64,000 bases of DNA from Sphingomicrobium sp. (GTDB taxonomy: Bacteria > Pseudomonadota > Alphaproteobacteria > Sphingomonadales > Sphingomonadaceae): the NCBI GenBank assembly GCA_035261225.1, contig DATFUB010000016.1, forward strand, positions 2,233 to 66,232. Direction: 5' to 3'. The notes under the pieces were generated by a model, which was given only the letters and a program-made list of their open reading frames with translations, searched no databases and was not told where the DNA came from. The translations under genes were made by a program, and so were the position numbers. Shown here in pieces: positions 57,076 through 64,000 of this stretch; within the stretch, counting starts at the first letter, position 1, and each line of letters starts with the position of its first letter.

Positions 57076-57938
57076 GCGACAGTTCGACGCGGATCCTCGC
57101 CGGCCTGCTCGAGGCGCGGACTGGCCAGCAACTGACCATGAGCCGGCGCTGGCGGATCGAAACCGCGCTCAGTTCTTTGCTTCGCGAGCGCGGCATCGCC
57201 ACGCTCGACGAGCTGATCACGATCCTGGTTATGGGCAGGGAGCCGAATTTGTCGCAGCAGGTGGTCGAGGCGCTACTCAACAACGAAACCTATTTCTTCC
57301 GCGACCGGGCGCCGTTCGATCTGCTTCAGCGCTATGCGCTGCCCGAGCTCGCCAAGCGCCGCTCGGAGACCCGCCGCATTCGCATCTGGTCAGCCGGCTG
57401 CTCGACCGGGCAGGAAGTTTATTCGCTGGCGATGCTGTTCGCCGAGAGTCCGCAGGATTGGCTGGGCTGGACGGTCGACATTCTCGGCACCGACGTTTCC
57501 ACCGCCTGCGTCGATCGCGCCCGAAACGGTACTTACACGCAGTTCGAAGTCCAGCGCGGCCTCGGCATCAACCAGATGATCAAATGGTTCGAGGAAACCG
57601 GTGACGGCTGGCGCGCGGTCGAGCCGCTGCGCAAGCCGATCCGCTTCCAGGTCCAGAATTTGCTCGAGCCCCCGCCGCACCCGGGCGGTTTCGACATCGT
57701 ATTGTGCCGCAACGTCCTGCTTTACCTCAGTCCCGACAAGCGGACTCTGGCGTTCGAGCGACTGGCGTCGGCGATGGCCGAAGACGGCTGGTTGATGCTC
57801 GGCGCGGGCGAGACTGTAATCGGTCAGACGACCAAGCTCGGCTCGGATATCAACGCGCGTGGTCTCTACCGCCTGGTCGGCGAGGGAGCGCTGGTCGAGA
57901 AACGTTCGACTGACCGCAGGACTGCCGGCGGGGCTTGA
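57066..57938 (+). CDS. cheR: CheR methyltransferase
   Basis: NNETYFFRD, IWSAGCSTGQEVYSLAM, GTDVS and CRNVLLY motifs. Confidence 0.95.
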   Translation: MQISDSSTRILAGLLEARTGQQLTMSRRWRIETALSSLLRERGIATLDELITILVMGREPNLSQQVVEALLNNETYFFRDRAPFDLLQRYALPELAKRRSETRRIRIWSAGCSTGQEVYSLAMLFAESPQDWLGWTVDILGTDVSTACVDRARNGTYTQFEVQRGLGINQMIKWFEETGDGWRAVEPLRKPIRFQVQNLLEPPPHPGGFDIVLCRNVLLYLSPDKRTLAFERLASAMAEDGWLMLGAGETVIGQTTKLGSDINARGLYRLVGEGALVEKRSTDRRTAGGA

Positions 57939-57970
57939 CCCGAACGGCCGTATCATGCGCCATTGCGCGC

Positions 57971-58657
57971 ATGGATCTCGACTTCATCGAACGACCGTCC
58001 CCGAATTTTGACGAGCGGGTGCTGCCGGTGTCGATGATCGTCCTGCATTACACCGGCATGCCCGATTGCGAGGGTGCGCTCGATCGCCTGACGTCGCCCG
58101 AAGCCAAGGTCTCCTGCCATTATCTGATCGACGAGGCTGGTCGCATCTACCGCCTGGTCGAGGAATCGAAGCGCGCCTGGCACGCTGGAAAGTCGCGCTG
58201 GCGGGGGGTAACCGACGTCAATTCGGCGAGCGTCGGGATCGAGATCGTCAACCCCGGCCACGAGTTCGGCTATCGCCCGTTCCCGGACGAGCAGATCGCG
58301 GCGCTGATTCCGTTGGTCGCCGACATCAAGGAGCGCCACGGGGTCGGCCGCGGGAATGTCGTGGGCCATTCCGATATCGCCCCGGCGCGTAAGGAGGACC
58401 CGGGTGAACTGTTCCCGTGGGTGGCCCTGGCGAAGCGGCGCCTGGCGCTGCCGAGCCCGACGCGCGACCTCATCGACCCGTTCTGGACTGACGCCGGATT
58501 TCTACTCGCTTTGGAGCGTTTCGGTTATGACGTGACCGACACTCAGAAAGCGGTGATCGCGTTCCAGCGGCGCTTTCGCCCGGACCTTATCGACGGCATC
58601 ATTGACGGCGAATGCCGGGCCAAGTTGCTCGCTCTTCTGCTGCCGCGTCCACAGTGA
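57971..58657 (+). CDS. N-acetylmuramoyl-L-alanine amidase (AmiD/AmpD family) with C-terminal peptidoglycan-binding domain
   Basis: PSPNFDER, IVLHYT, VSCHYLI, RAWHAG, GHSDIAPARKEDPG and AFQRRFRP motifs. Confidence 0.93.
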   Translation: MDLDFIERPSPNFDERVLPVSMIVLHYTGMPDCEGALDRLTSPEAKVSCHYLIDEAGRIYRLVEESKRAWHAGKSRWRGVTDVNSASVGIEIVNPGHEFGYRPFPDEQIAALIPLVADIKERHGVGRGNVVGHSDIAPARKEDPGELFPWVALAKRRLALPSPTRDLIDPFWTDAGFLLALERFGYDVTDTQKAVIAFQRRFRPDLIDGIIDGECRAKLLALLLPRPQ

Positions 58658-58693
58658 TTCGGAATTTCGCCCGAGTTTCCCTATATGCGCCCG

Positions 58694-59078
58694 GCCAGAG
58701 GGCCGGGCGGCCGCGGCCTCCGCGAAAGCGGGGGGCGAGGAAAGTCCGGGCTCCACGGAACTGCGGTGCCGGGTAACGCCCGGCGGCCCACGCGCAAGCG
58801 GGGGTCAGGGACAGTGCCACAGAAAGCATACCGCCCGCCTTCGGACGGGTAAGGTCGAAAGGGTGCGGCAAGAGCGCACCGCGGTCCTGGCAACAGGGCT
58901 GGCAGGGTAAACCCCACCGGGTGCAAGACCGAATAGGGGCGGCGCATGGGCTTGGTTCCGGCTCGCCGCCCGGGTTGGTTGCTTGAGGGGCGGGGCGACC
59001 CGTCCCCTAGAGGAATGGTCGCACAGTCACGCTTCTCAGAAGCGTGATGGACAGAACCCGGCTTACAGGTCCTCTGGC
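58694..59078 (+). ncRNA. rnpB: RNase P RNA (type A)
   Basis: GAGGAAAGTCCGGGCTC, CAGAAAG and GGTAAACCCC elements, 3' ACAGAACCCGGCTTA, and P1 pairing gccagagg/cctctggc. Confidence 0.97.
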
Positions 59079-59087
59079 AATTTTCTG

Positions 59088-59154
59088 GTCCCCTGCGGAG
59101 GCAGGGGTCCAGTTTTTCTTAATTCGGACTGGGCTCCTGCCTTCGCAGGAGCAC
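59088..59154. repeat. Doublet of inverted REP hairpins (REPIN-like)
   Basis: gtcccctgcggaggcaggggtccag ... ctgggctcctgccttcgcaggagcac; each unit is palindromic and the two are inverted relative to each other. Confidence 0.85.
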
Positions 59155-59177
59155 ATCCAGTCTCTATCGGAGCCTTG

Positions 59178-59714
59178 ATGGCGAAGCAGAAGAGATCGGA
59201 CGACTGGGGATTTCCGCGTTGGCGACCGTACGGCAAGGGCCGCGACGCCGCGAAGCTGCGGCTATGCGACCGTGACGGTTGCAGCGAGACTGGCGACCGC
59301 CCCGCGCCCAAGGCCCCGAACAGCAAGGACCGCTGGTATTTCTGCGAGGCTCACGCGGCCGAATATAACAAGAACTGGAATTATTTCGCCGGGCTCAGTC
59401 CCGAGGAAGCGGCGCGTCGCGAGGCCGAGGATGCGCGCGGGGCGGCGGGCTTCCGTCAATCGGCGCAGTGGAAATGGGCCGGACCGGGCGATGGCAGCCG
59501 CGGCCGCGACGAAATGCGCGCGCTCGACGCGCTTGAGCTCGAGAGCGACGCCGACTTCACTGCGATCAAGGCGGCGCACCGCCGGCTGGTCAAGGAAACG
59601 CATCCCGATGCGAACCCGGGCAACGTGGAGGCCGCCAAGCGATTCAAGCAGGTTCAGGCGGCCTATGACGTGCTGCGTCGAACCGAAGAGCGGAAGAACG
59701 GCAAAGCCGCTTAA
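59178..59714 (+). CDS. J-domain protein with N-terminal Cys/His putative zinc-binding motif
   Basis: CDRDGC...FCEAH, EYNKNWNYFAG and a C-terminal J domain with HPD. ATG 59178. Confidence 0.9.
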   Translation: MAKQKRSDDWGFPRWRPYGKGRDAAKLRLCDRDGCSETGDRPAPKAPNSKDRWYFCEAHAAEYNKNWNYFAGLSPEEAARREAEDARGAAGFRQSAQWKWAGPGDGSRGRDEMRALDALELESDADFTAIKAAHRRLVKETHPDANPGNVEAAKRFKQVQAAYDVLRRTEERKNGKAA

Positions 59715-60130
59715 GCCGCGGTGGCGTAGCGCTCGGCGGTCTCCCGGACTAGTGCGATCATATTGGGCACGCCCTGGGTTCGGTTGGCGCTCAAATGCTT
59801 GCGCAGCTCAAACGGGGCTAACGCTTCGGCCACATCCATGAGCGCGACCTCGGCCGCCGGCCTGTCCTGCACCGCGGACAGGATTAGCGCCACGATCCCC
59901 TTGGTGATCGCGGCATTGCTGTCGGCGAGGAAGTGCAATTGGCCGTTGGTGACGGTGGGATAAACCCAAACCGACGCCGAACAGCCGCGGACCTTGGTCG
60001 CGTCAGTCTTGAGTGCGTCGGGCATGGGCTCGAGCTTCCGGCCGAGATCGATCAACAAGCGGTAACGGTCCTCGCCATCGAGCAGCTCAAACTCATCGAA
60101 AATCTCGGTGAGGGAGGGCAGGCTGGCCAT
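59711..60130 (-). CDS. sufE: SufE-family sulfur acceptor
   Basis: YRLLIDLG, KVRGCSASVW, ADSNAAITKG and LSANRTQG motifs. Confidence 0.92.
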   Translation of the reverse strand: MASLPSLTEIFDEFELLDGEDRYRLLIDLGRKLEPMPDALKTDATKVRGCSASVWVYPTVTNGQLHFLADSNAAITKGIVALILSAVQDRPAAEVALMDVAEALAPFELRKHLSANRTQGVPNMIALVRETAERYATAA

Positions 60131-60148
60131 GCCACACCCCTAGCATCG

Positions 60149-60397
60149 CTAGCGGTCGCGGAGCGACTCGATTTCCTTCGCCAGGCTGTTCTCTTTCTCG
60201 ACCGTGATCCGCTCGAGCACCTGGAGCCGCTCCTTCAGCATCGTCACTTCTTCGCGCAGCCGAGCCGTCTCCTGCGAGTCTGCGGGTTCGCCGCGCATTT
60301 GGCGCATCGAGCGCACAGGAATTCCCATCTTGTGCCGAACGATGCTGAAGACGAACACCATCGCTATCAGAACCAGAACAAATTCGGGACCATTCAT
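60149..60397 (-). CDS. Small membrane protein with PspC/PspB-like C-terminal coiled coil (paralog 5)
   Basis: N-terminal TM helix and ERLQVLERITVEKENSLAKEIESLR. Confidence 0.85.
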   Translation of the reverse strand: MNGPEFVLVLIAMVFVFSIVRHKMGIPVRSMRQMRGEPADSQETARLREEVTMLKERLQVLERITVEKENSLAKEIESLRDR

Positions 60398-60612
60398 CGT
60401 GTGTCGTCCTCGGTCAGAATGCGATCATGTTCGCGAAGCGCCTCGATCTGCGCGGCCGTCTCGACCCCGCGATCGGTCGCGATCTTCTCAAGCACGCGAA
60501 GCCGCGCCTCGATTCGTTCGACATGCTGAGCATATTGTGCGCTTTTTTCGGCTGCGAGCCCGATCGCGGCGAGGGGTATCAGGACCCAGATCCAGCTTGC
60601 TACATTGTTCAT
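60394..60612 (-). CDS. Small membrane protein with PspC/PspB-like C-terminal coiled coil (paralog 4, short linker)
   Basis: TM segment WIWVLIPLAAIGL and ARLRVLEKIATDRGVETAAQIEALR. Alternative start TTG 60621. Confidence 0.8.
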   Translation of the reverse strand: MNNVASWIWVLIPLAAIGLAAEKSAQYAQHVERIEARLRVLEKIATDRGVETAAQIEALREHDRILTEDDTR

Positions 60613-60674
60613 GGCAGGCAAGTTCCTCTTGGCTGCGCCGTGCCGACGTCATGTCGTTACGGCAGAAGTTTCGT

Positions 60675-60977
60675 TCAAGCGGTGGCGTCGCCGCTCGTCT
60701 GCGCGGCATCCCGCGACAGCCGCCGCGGTCGCAACGCTTCGATTTGCGCGGCGGTTTGTGCGCCGCCGTCCGTGACGATCTCTTCGAGCACACGGACGCG
60801 CTGTTCCAGCTCGGTCGAACGCGATGCATATTGGGCGGCGCTCTCGGCCGCATTGCGCGCCTCGACCTCGAGTTTTTTCTCGCGGAACTTGAAGAAGCGG
60901 TTGAACATCAACATCAGCATGACCGTCGGCAAACCGATAATGATCGTCGCCAATAATACGGCTGTCGGGCCTCCCAT
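60675..60977 (-). CDS. Small membrane protein with PspC/PspB-like C-terminal coiled coil (paralog 3)
   Basis: TM helix and QRVRVLEEIVTDGGAQTAAQIEALR. ATG 60977 after GGGAGAG. Confidence 0.85.
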   Translation of the reverse strand: MGGPTAVLLATIIIGLPTVMLMLMFNRFFKFREKKLEVEARNAAESAAQYASRSTELEQRVRVLEEIVTDGGAQTAAQIEALRPRRLSRDAAQTSGDATA

Positions 60978-61005
60978 CACTCGCTCTCCCTGATCTTGTA
61001 ATGCG

Positions 61006-61329
61006 TCATTGCAGCTGCTCGATTTCGCGCGCGAGTTTCGACGGCTGGTCAGTCGCGATCCGCTCAAGGGTTTCAAGCCGGTCCTTGACCGATCCGAGCT
61101 CGGCACGGAGCTGCGCGTTTTCATTGGTCAGCAGCTTGACCCGTTCCAGCGATTCCCGGTCGGTTTTTGGATGGATCGCCATCCCCCAGCTATTCTGCAG
61201 GGGATAGCCGTTTCGGATCCGCAGCCAGGTGTGGAGCAGCGAGCCGCCGACACCCAGAGCGACGATGATTACCACAAGCGGCAAGACCTTGAGCACGAAG
61301 GAAAAAACCTGGGTGACTTCCGGATCCAT
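61006..61329 (-). CDS. Small membrane protein with PspC/PspB-like C-terminal coiled coil (paralog 2)
   Basis: TM helix, WLRIRNGYP and DRLETLERIATDQPSKLAREIEQLQ. Confidence 0.85.
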   Translation of the reverse strand: MDPEVTQVFSFVLKVLPLVVIIVALGVGGSLLHTWLRIRNGYPLQNSWGMAIHPKTDRESLERVKLLTNENAQLRAELGSVKDRLETLERIATDQPSKLAREIEQLQ

Positions 61330-61352
61330 GAACTACCCTTCTCGATTTGGAA

Positions 61353-61637
61353 TTAGCGGAGATGTTCGATTTCCAGCGAAACGCGCTCGGCAGGATCGGT
61401 GGCGATCCGCTCGAGAACGGCGAGGCGGCTTTCGAGGCTCAGGACCTGGCTCTTCAGGCCCGCGTTCTCCGTTGACAGTACATCGATCTGGCGCTCTGCT
61501 TCCGGGTTCCCGGGGTGAACAAGGCGCTTTCCGTCATTAATCGGGTAGCCGTGCCTTGCTCGTATCCAGGTGGTTACTACCCAGGCGATCGGCCCGATTA
61601 TTACCGCTGCGATTGGTATCAAGATTCCCCAATTCAT
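61353..61637 (-). CDS. Small membrane protein with PspC/PspB-like C-terminal coiled coil (paralog 1)
   Basis: TM helix, WIRARHGYP and SRLAVLERIATDPAERVSLEIEHLR. Confidence 0.85.
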   Translation of the reverse strand: MNWGILIPIAAVIIGPIAWVVTTWIRARHGYPINDGKRLVHPGNPEAERQIDVLSTENAGLKSQVLSLESRLAVLERIATDPAERVSLEIEHLR

Positions 61638-61659
61638 CCTTAATCCCCTTCAACAGCAA

Positions 61660-62076
61660 TTAGCGAAGCTGCTCGATTTCGCGGGCGAGCGTGCGGTTTT
61701 CGGTCGTCACATAGCTTTCGATGTCCGCCAGCCGCCGGTCGATGTCCTTGAACCGGCCGCGGATGTCGCGCGCCGAGCGGGCGGGCGACGCGCGCACGCC
61801 CTGCCAGAAGCGTTGGTCTTCGCGGTCGGCATAATCGAGTTCGCGCGGCTTCACCGGCGAAATCCAGCCGGCGATGAAATAGAACGGGATGACCGATCCG
61901 CTGCTGAGGAACAGCGCGGCGATCATGCAAATCCGGATCAGCGTGACGTCGAAGCCGGTGTAATCGGCGATGCCCGCACAGATCCCGTTGACCTTGCCGT
62001 TGCGCTTGTCGCGATAGAAGCGTGTCCGGCTTGCCGGCTGCTGCGTGAGATAACGATCGTAGCGGTCGTCAGCCAT
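61660..62076 (-). CDS. pspC: Phage shock protein C
   Basis: FYRDKRNGKVNGICAGIADY PspC domain, one TM helix and a C-terminal coiled coil. ATG 62076. Confidence 0.92.
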   Translation of the reverse strand: MADDRYDRYLTQQPASRTRFYRDKRNGKVNGICAGIADYTGFDVTLIRICMIAALFLSSGSVIPFYFIAGWISPVKPRELDYADREDQRFWQGVRASPARSARDIRGRFKDIDRRLADIESYVTTENRTLAREIEQLR

Positions 62077-62078
62077 CC

Positions 62079-62360
62079 TTATTCTCCGTCGGCCAGCAGG
62101 CGTTGCGTCGAATCCCGGCCGGGCAGGCACTGCTGGCGCCAATCGGGGTTTTCGGCGGTCATGATCCGCTCGATCGAGCACAGCCGGTCGTCGAGGCGGC
62201 GCGCGGCGTCATGCAGCTCGTCGAGCAGCTTTTCGTCCGATCCGGTCAGCGTCGCCGCCTGCTTCCACTTGGTCACATAATGGAAGATCAGCCACGGCAG
62301 GCCGACGAAAATCGAAACGACCGCAAGCCCGCCGACAATATATCCTGCAACATCTTCCAT
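62079..62360 (-). CDS. pspB: Phage shock protein B
   Basis: LPWLIFHYVTKWK and RRLDDRLCSIERIMTAENPDW, positioned between pspA and pspC. Confidence 0.93.
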   Translation of the reverse strand: MEDVAGYIVGGLAVVSIFVGLPWLIFHYVTKWKQAATLTGSDEKLLDELHDAARRLDDRLCSIERIMTAENPDWRQQCLPGRDSTQRLLADGE

Positions 62361-62363
62361 TCG

Positions 62364-63032
62364 TTATTTTCCCTTCGCCTTGAGCGCAGCTTTCATGGCT
62401 TCCAGTTCGGCGTCGACCGACTCCGAAGCTCTCAGTTCGGCGATTTCCTCCTCGAGGCTCTTCGGCCCCGTCATCCCCAGCGCATCGGCCCGCCCTTCGG
62501 CGAAATCGGCGCGGCGCTCAAGCAACTCGAAGCGCGAGAACGCGTCCTCGGTGCGGTTGCCGTTCATGACCTCGCGCGCCCGTGCCCGGGTGACCGCGCT
62601 TTCGAAGCGAGCCGAAAGCGCATTCTGCCGCGACCTGGCTTCGCGCAACTTGCCCTGGAGCTTGGCGATATCGCCTTCGTAGCCCTTGAGCGTGTCATCG
62701 ATGACCTTGAGCTCGGACTTGAGGCCGTCGCTCATGTCGATGGCTTTCTGCCGCTCCATGAGAGCCGACTTGGCGAGGTCCTCTCGGTCCTTGCTCAAGG
62801 CCAGCTCAGCCTTCTCGGTCCAGCTCTTCTGAAGCTCGTCGAGCCGCGACATCGCGCGGCGCATTTCCTTACCGTCGGCGATACAGCGCGCGGCCGACGC
62901 CCGAACCTCGACCAAAGTCTCCTCCATCTCGAGGATGATCATGCGGATCATCTTCGATGGGTCTTCCGAGCGGTCGAGCAGCTCGGTCATGTTCGCCGCG
63001 AAAATGTCGCGTGTTCGCGAAAAAATTCCCAT
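62364..63032 (-). CDS. pspA: Phage shock protein A
   Basis: MGIFSRTRDIFAAN, EDPSKMIRMIILEMEETLVEVR, KAELALSKDREDLAKSAL and FELLERRAD motifs. Confidence 0.97.
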   Translation of the reverse strand: MGIFSRTRDIFAANMTELLDRSEDPSKMIRMIILEMEETLVEVRASAARCIADGKEMRRAMSRLDELQKSWTEKAELALSKDREDLAKSALMERQKAIDMSDGLKSELKVIDDTLKGYEGDIAKLQGKLREARSRQNALSARFESAVTRARAREVMNGNRTEDAFSRFELLERRADFAEGRADALGMTGPKSLEEEIAELRASESVDAELEAMKAALKAKGK

Positions 63033-63080
63033 TCCAGCACTCCGAATTCGTCAACAGGGCCCTGTTGCTGCCAAATACTA

Positions 63081-63096
63081 TTCAAGAGTCGTGCCA
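63081..63096 (-). promoter_or_regulatory. Sigma54 -24/-12 promoter of pspA (non-canonical -12)
   Basis: The minus strand reads TGGCAC-GACTC-TTGAA (GA in place of GC at -12), 48 nt before the pspA ATG. Confidence 0.8.
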
Positions 63097-63168
63097 TATT
63101 TCTCGAAATCCCAAAATACTCCAAAACACCGATTTTGCGAGTGCTTTCAGACCGAAAATCCTTGCCAA

Positions 63169-63188
63169 TTGGTGGGATTTGCCACCAA
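63169..63188. promoter_or_regulatory. Palindrome, candidate PspF upstream activating sequence
   Basis: TTGGTGG-GATTTG-CCACCAA with perfect 7-bp arms, about 70-90 bp upstream of the -24 element. Confidence 0.65.
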
Positions 63189-63219
63189 CAGTCGGTCAGA
63201 TTTTTGATCGGGAAGAGTT

Positions 63220-64000
63220 TTGGAACGGGCCGAGCAATTCATCGGGCAAAGCTATGCCTTCCTCGACGCAGTCGAGCGGGCGAGCCGCGCTGCGCCGCTC
63301 AACCGGCCGGTGCTGGTCATCGGCGAGCGCGGCACGGGCAAGGAGCTAATCGCCGAACGCTTGCATCATTTGTCGTCGCGTTGGGCCGGGCCGCTGATCG
63401 TCATGAATTGCGCGGCTTTGCCGGAGAATTTGATCGAAGCCGAGCTGTTCGGCCACGAAGCTGGTAGCTTCACTGGCGCCGTCAAGACGCGCCACGGTCG
63501 CTTCGAGGAGGCGGACAGCGGCACTCTGTTCCTCGACGAGCTCGGATCCTTGTCGACGCCGGCTCAGGATCGGCTGCTGCGCGCGGTCGAATATGGCGAG
63601 ATCACGCGCATCGGTGCGTCCAAGCCGATTTCGGTCGATGTCCGGATTGTCGCCGCAACCAACGAAAATCTTCCCTCGCAGGTCGAAAAGGGGAAATTTC
63701 GCGCCGATCTGCTCGATCGCTTGTCGTTCGAAGTGATTACCTTGCCGCCGTTGCGCGCTCGCGAGGGCGACATTCCGCTGTTAGCTGAGCATTTCGGCCG
63801 CCGCATGTCGGCCGAGCTCGAATGGTCGAACTGGCCGGGTTTCTCATCGCGCGCGAGCGCCGAATTTGAAGCTTACCACTGGCCGGGGAACGTGCGCGAA
63901 TTGCGCAATGTGGTCGAACGCGCAGTCTATCGCCACGAAGACCCGGAGCGGCCGATTGACGAGATTCAATTCGACCCGTTTCATTCGCCCTGGGCTCCCG
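63220..64000 (+). CDS. pspF: Sigma54 enhancer-binding protein PspF (3' end runs off the window)
   Basis: From TTG 63220: ERAEQFIGQS..FLDAVER, GERGTGKELIA, GHEAGSFTGA, LFLDE and WPGNVRELRNVVERA. No N-terminal regulatory domain, and divergent from pspA. Missed by the ORF track. Confidence 0.95.
   Translation, partial: MERAEQFIGQSYAFLDAVERASRAAPLNRPVLVIGERGTGKELIAERLHHLSSRWAGPLIVMNCAALPENLIEAELFGHEAGSFTGAVKTRHGRFEEADSGTLFLDELGSLSTPAQDRLLRAVEYGEITRIGASKPISVDVRIVAATNENLPSQVEKGKFRADLLDRLSFEVITLPPLRAREGDIPLLAEHFGRRMSAELEWSNWPGFSSRASAEFEAYHWPGNVRELRNVVERAVYRHEDPERPIDEIQFDPFHSPWAP

Noticed and set aside
63460-63480. GSFTGA in place of GAFTGA in PspF
   Set aside because: This is a common variant among sigma54 activators and is not evidence of lost function.

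Overview
GC-rich chromosomal segment of an alphaproteobacterium, most likely a sphingomonad. The assignment is inferred from a PhoK-type phosphatase, chpT, a GTTC-N7-GTTC LexA box, CtrA-like boxes and sphingomonad-type REP elements. The window is mostly core genome: mreB (5' end), mutL, fluC-ppa, ilvC, miaA/serB, pyrB, ruvX, gatCAB, tRNA-Leu-tig, clpP, recA, an EF-G paralog, rpoH, rluD, chpT-cheAWYBR, an AmiD-like amidase, rnpB, sufE and pspFABC. Envelope and secreted proteins of unknown function and two TonB-dependent receptors are interspersed. I saw no integrase, transposase, prophage or CRISPR array. The two best candidates for an undescribed system are (1) a locus of a Sel1-SPOR protein, a short ParA ATPase, a disordered RHH partner and a TPR-SPOR lipoprotein with a near-consensus CtrA box (5941-9695), and (2) a psp operon extended by five tandem small membrane proteins that share the PspC/PspB C-terminal motif (60149-61637). 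Other notable items: a junction that truncates both a kdsD-like and an ELM1-like gene (about 47251), miaA and serB start codons interlocked in one CATG, a diverged ilvC with no ilvBN beside it, back-to-back sigma32-like promoters between rluD-rpoH and chpT, two small ORFs that the track misses or over-extends, and a probable non-canonical start codon. All family assignments come from motif recognition by eye; no database searches were run.
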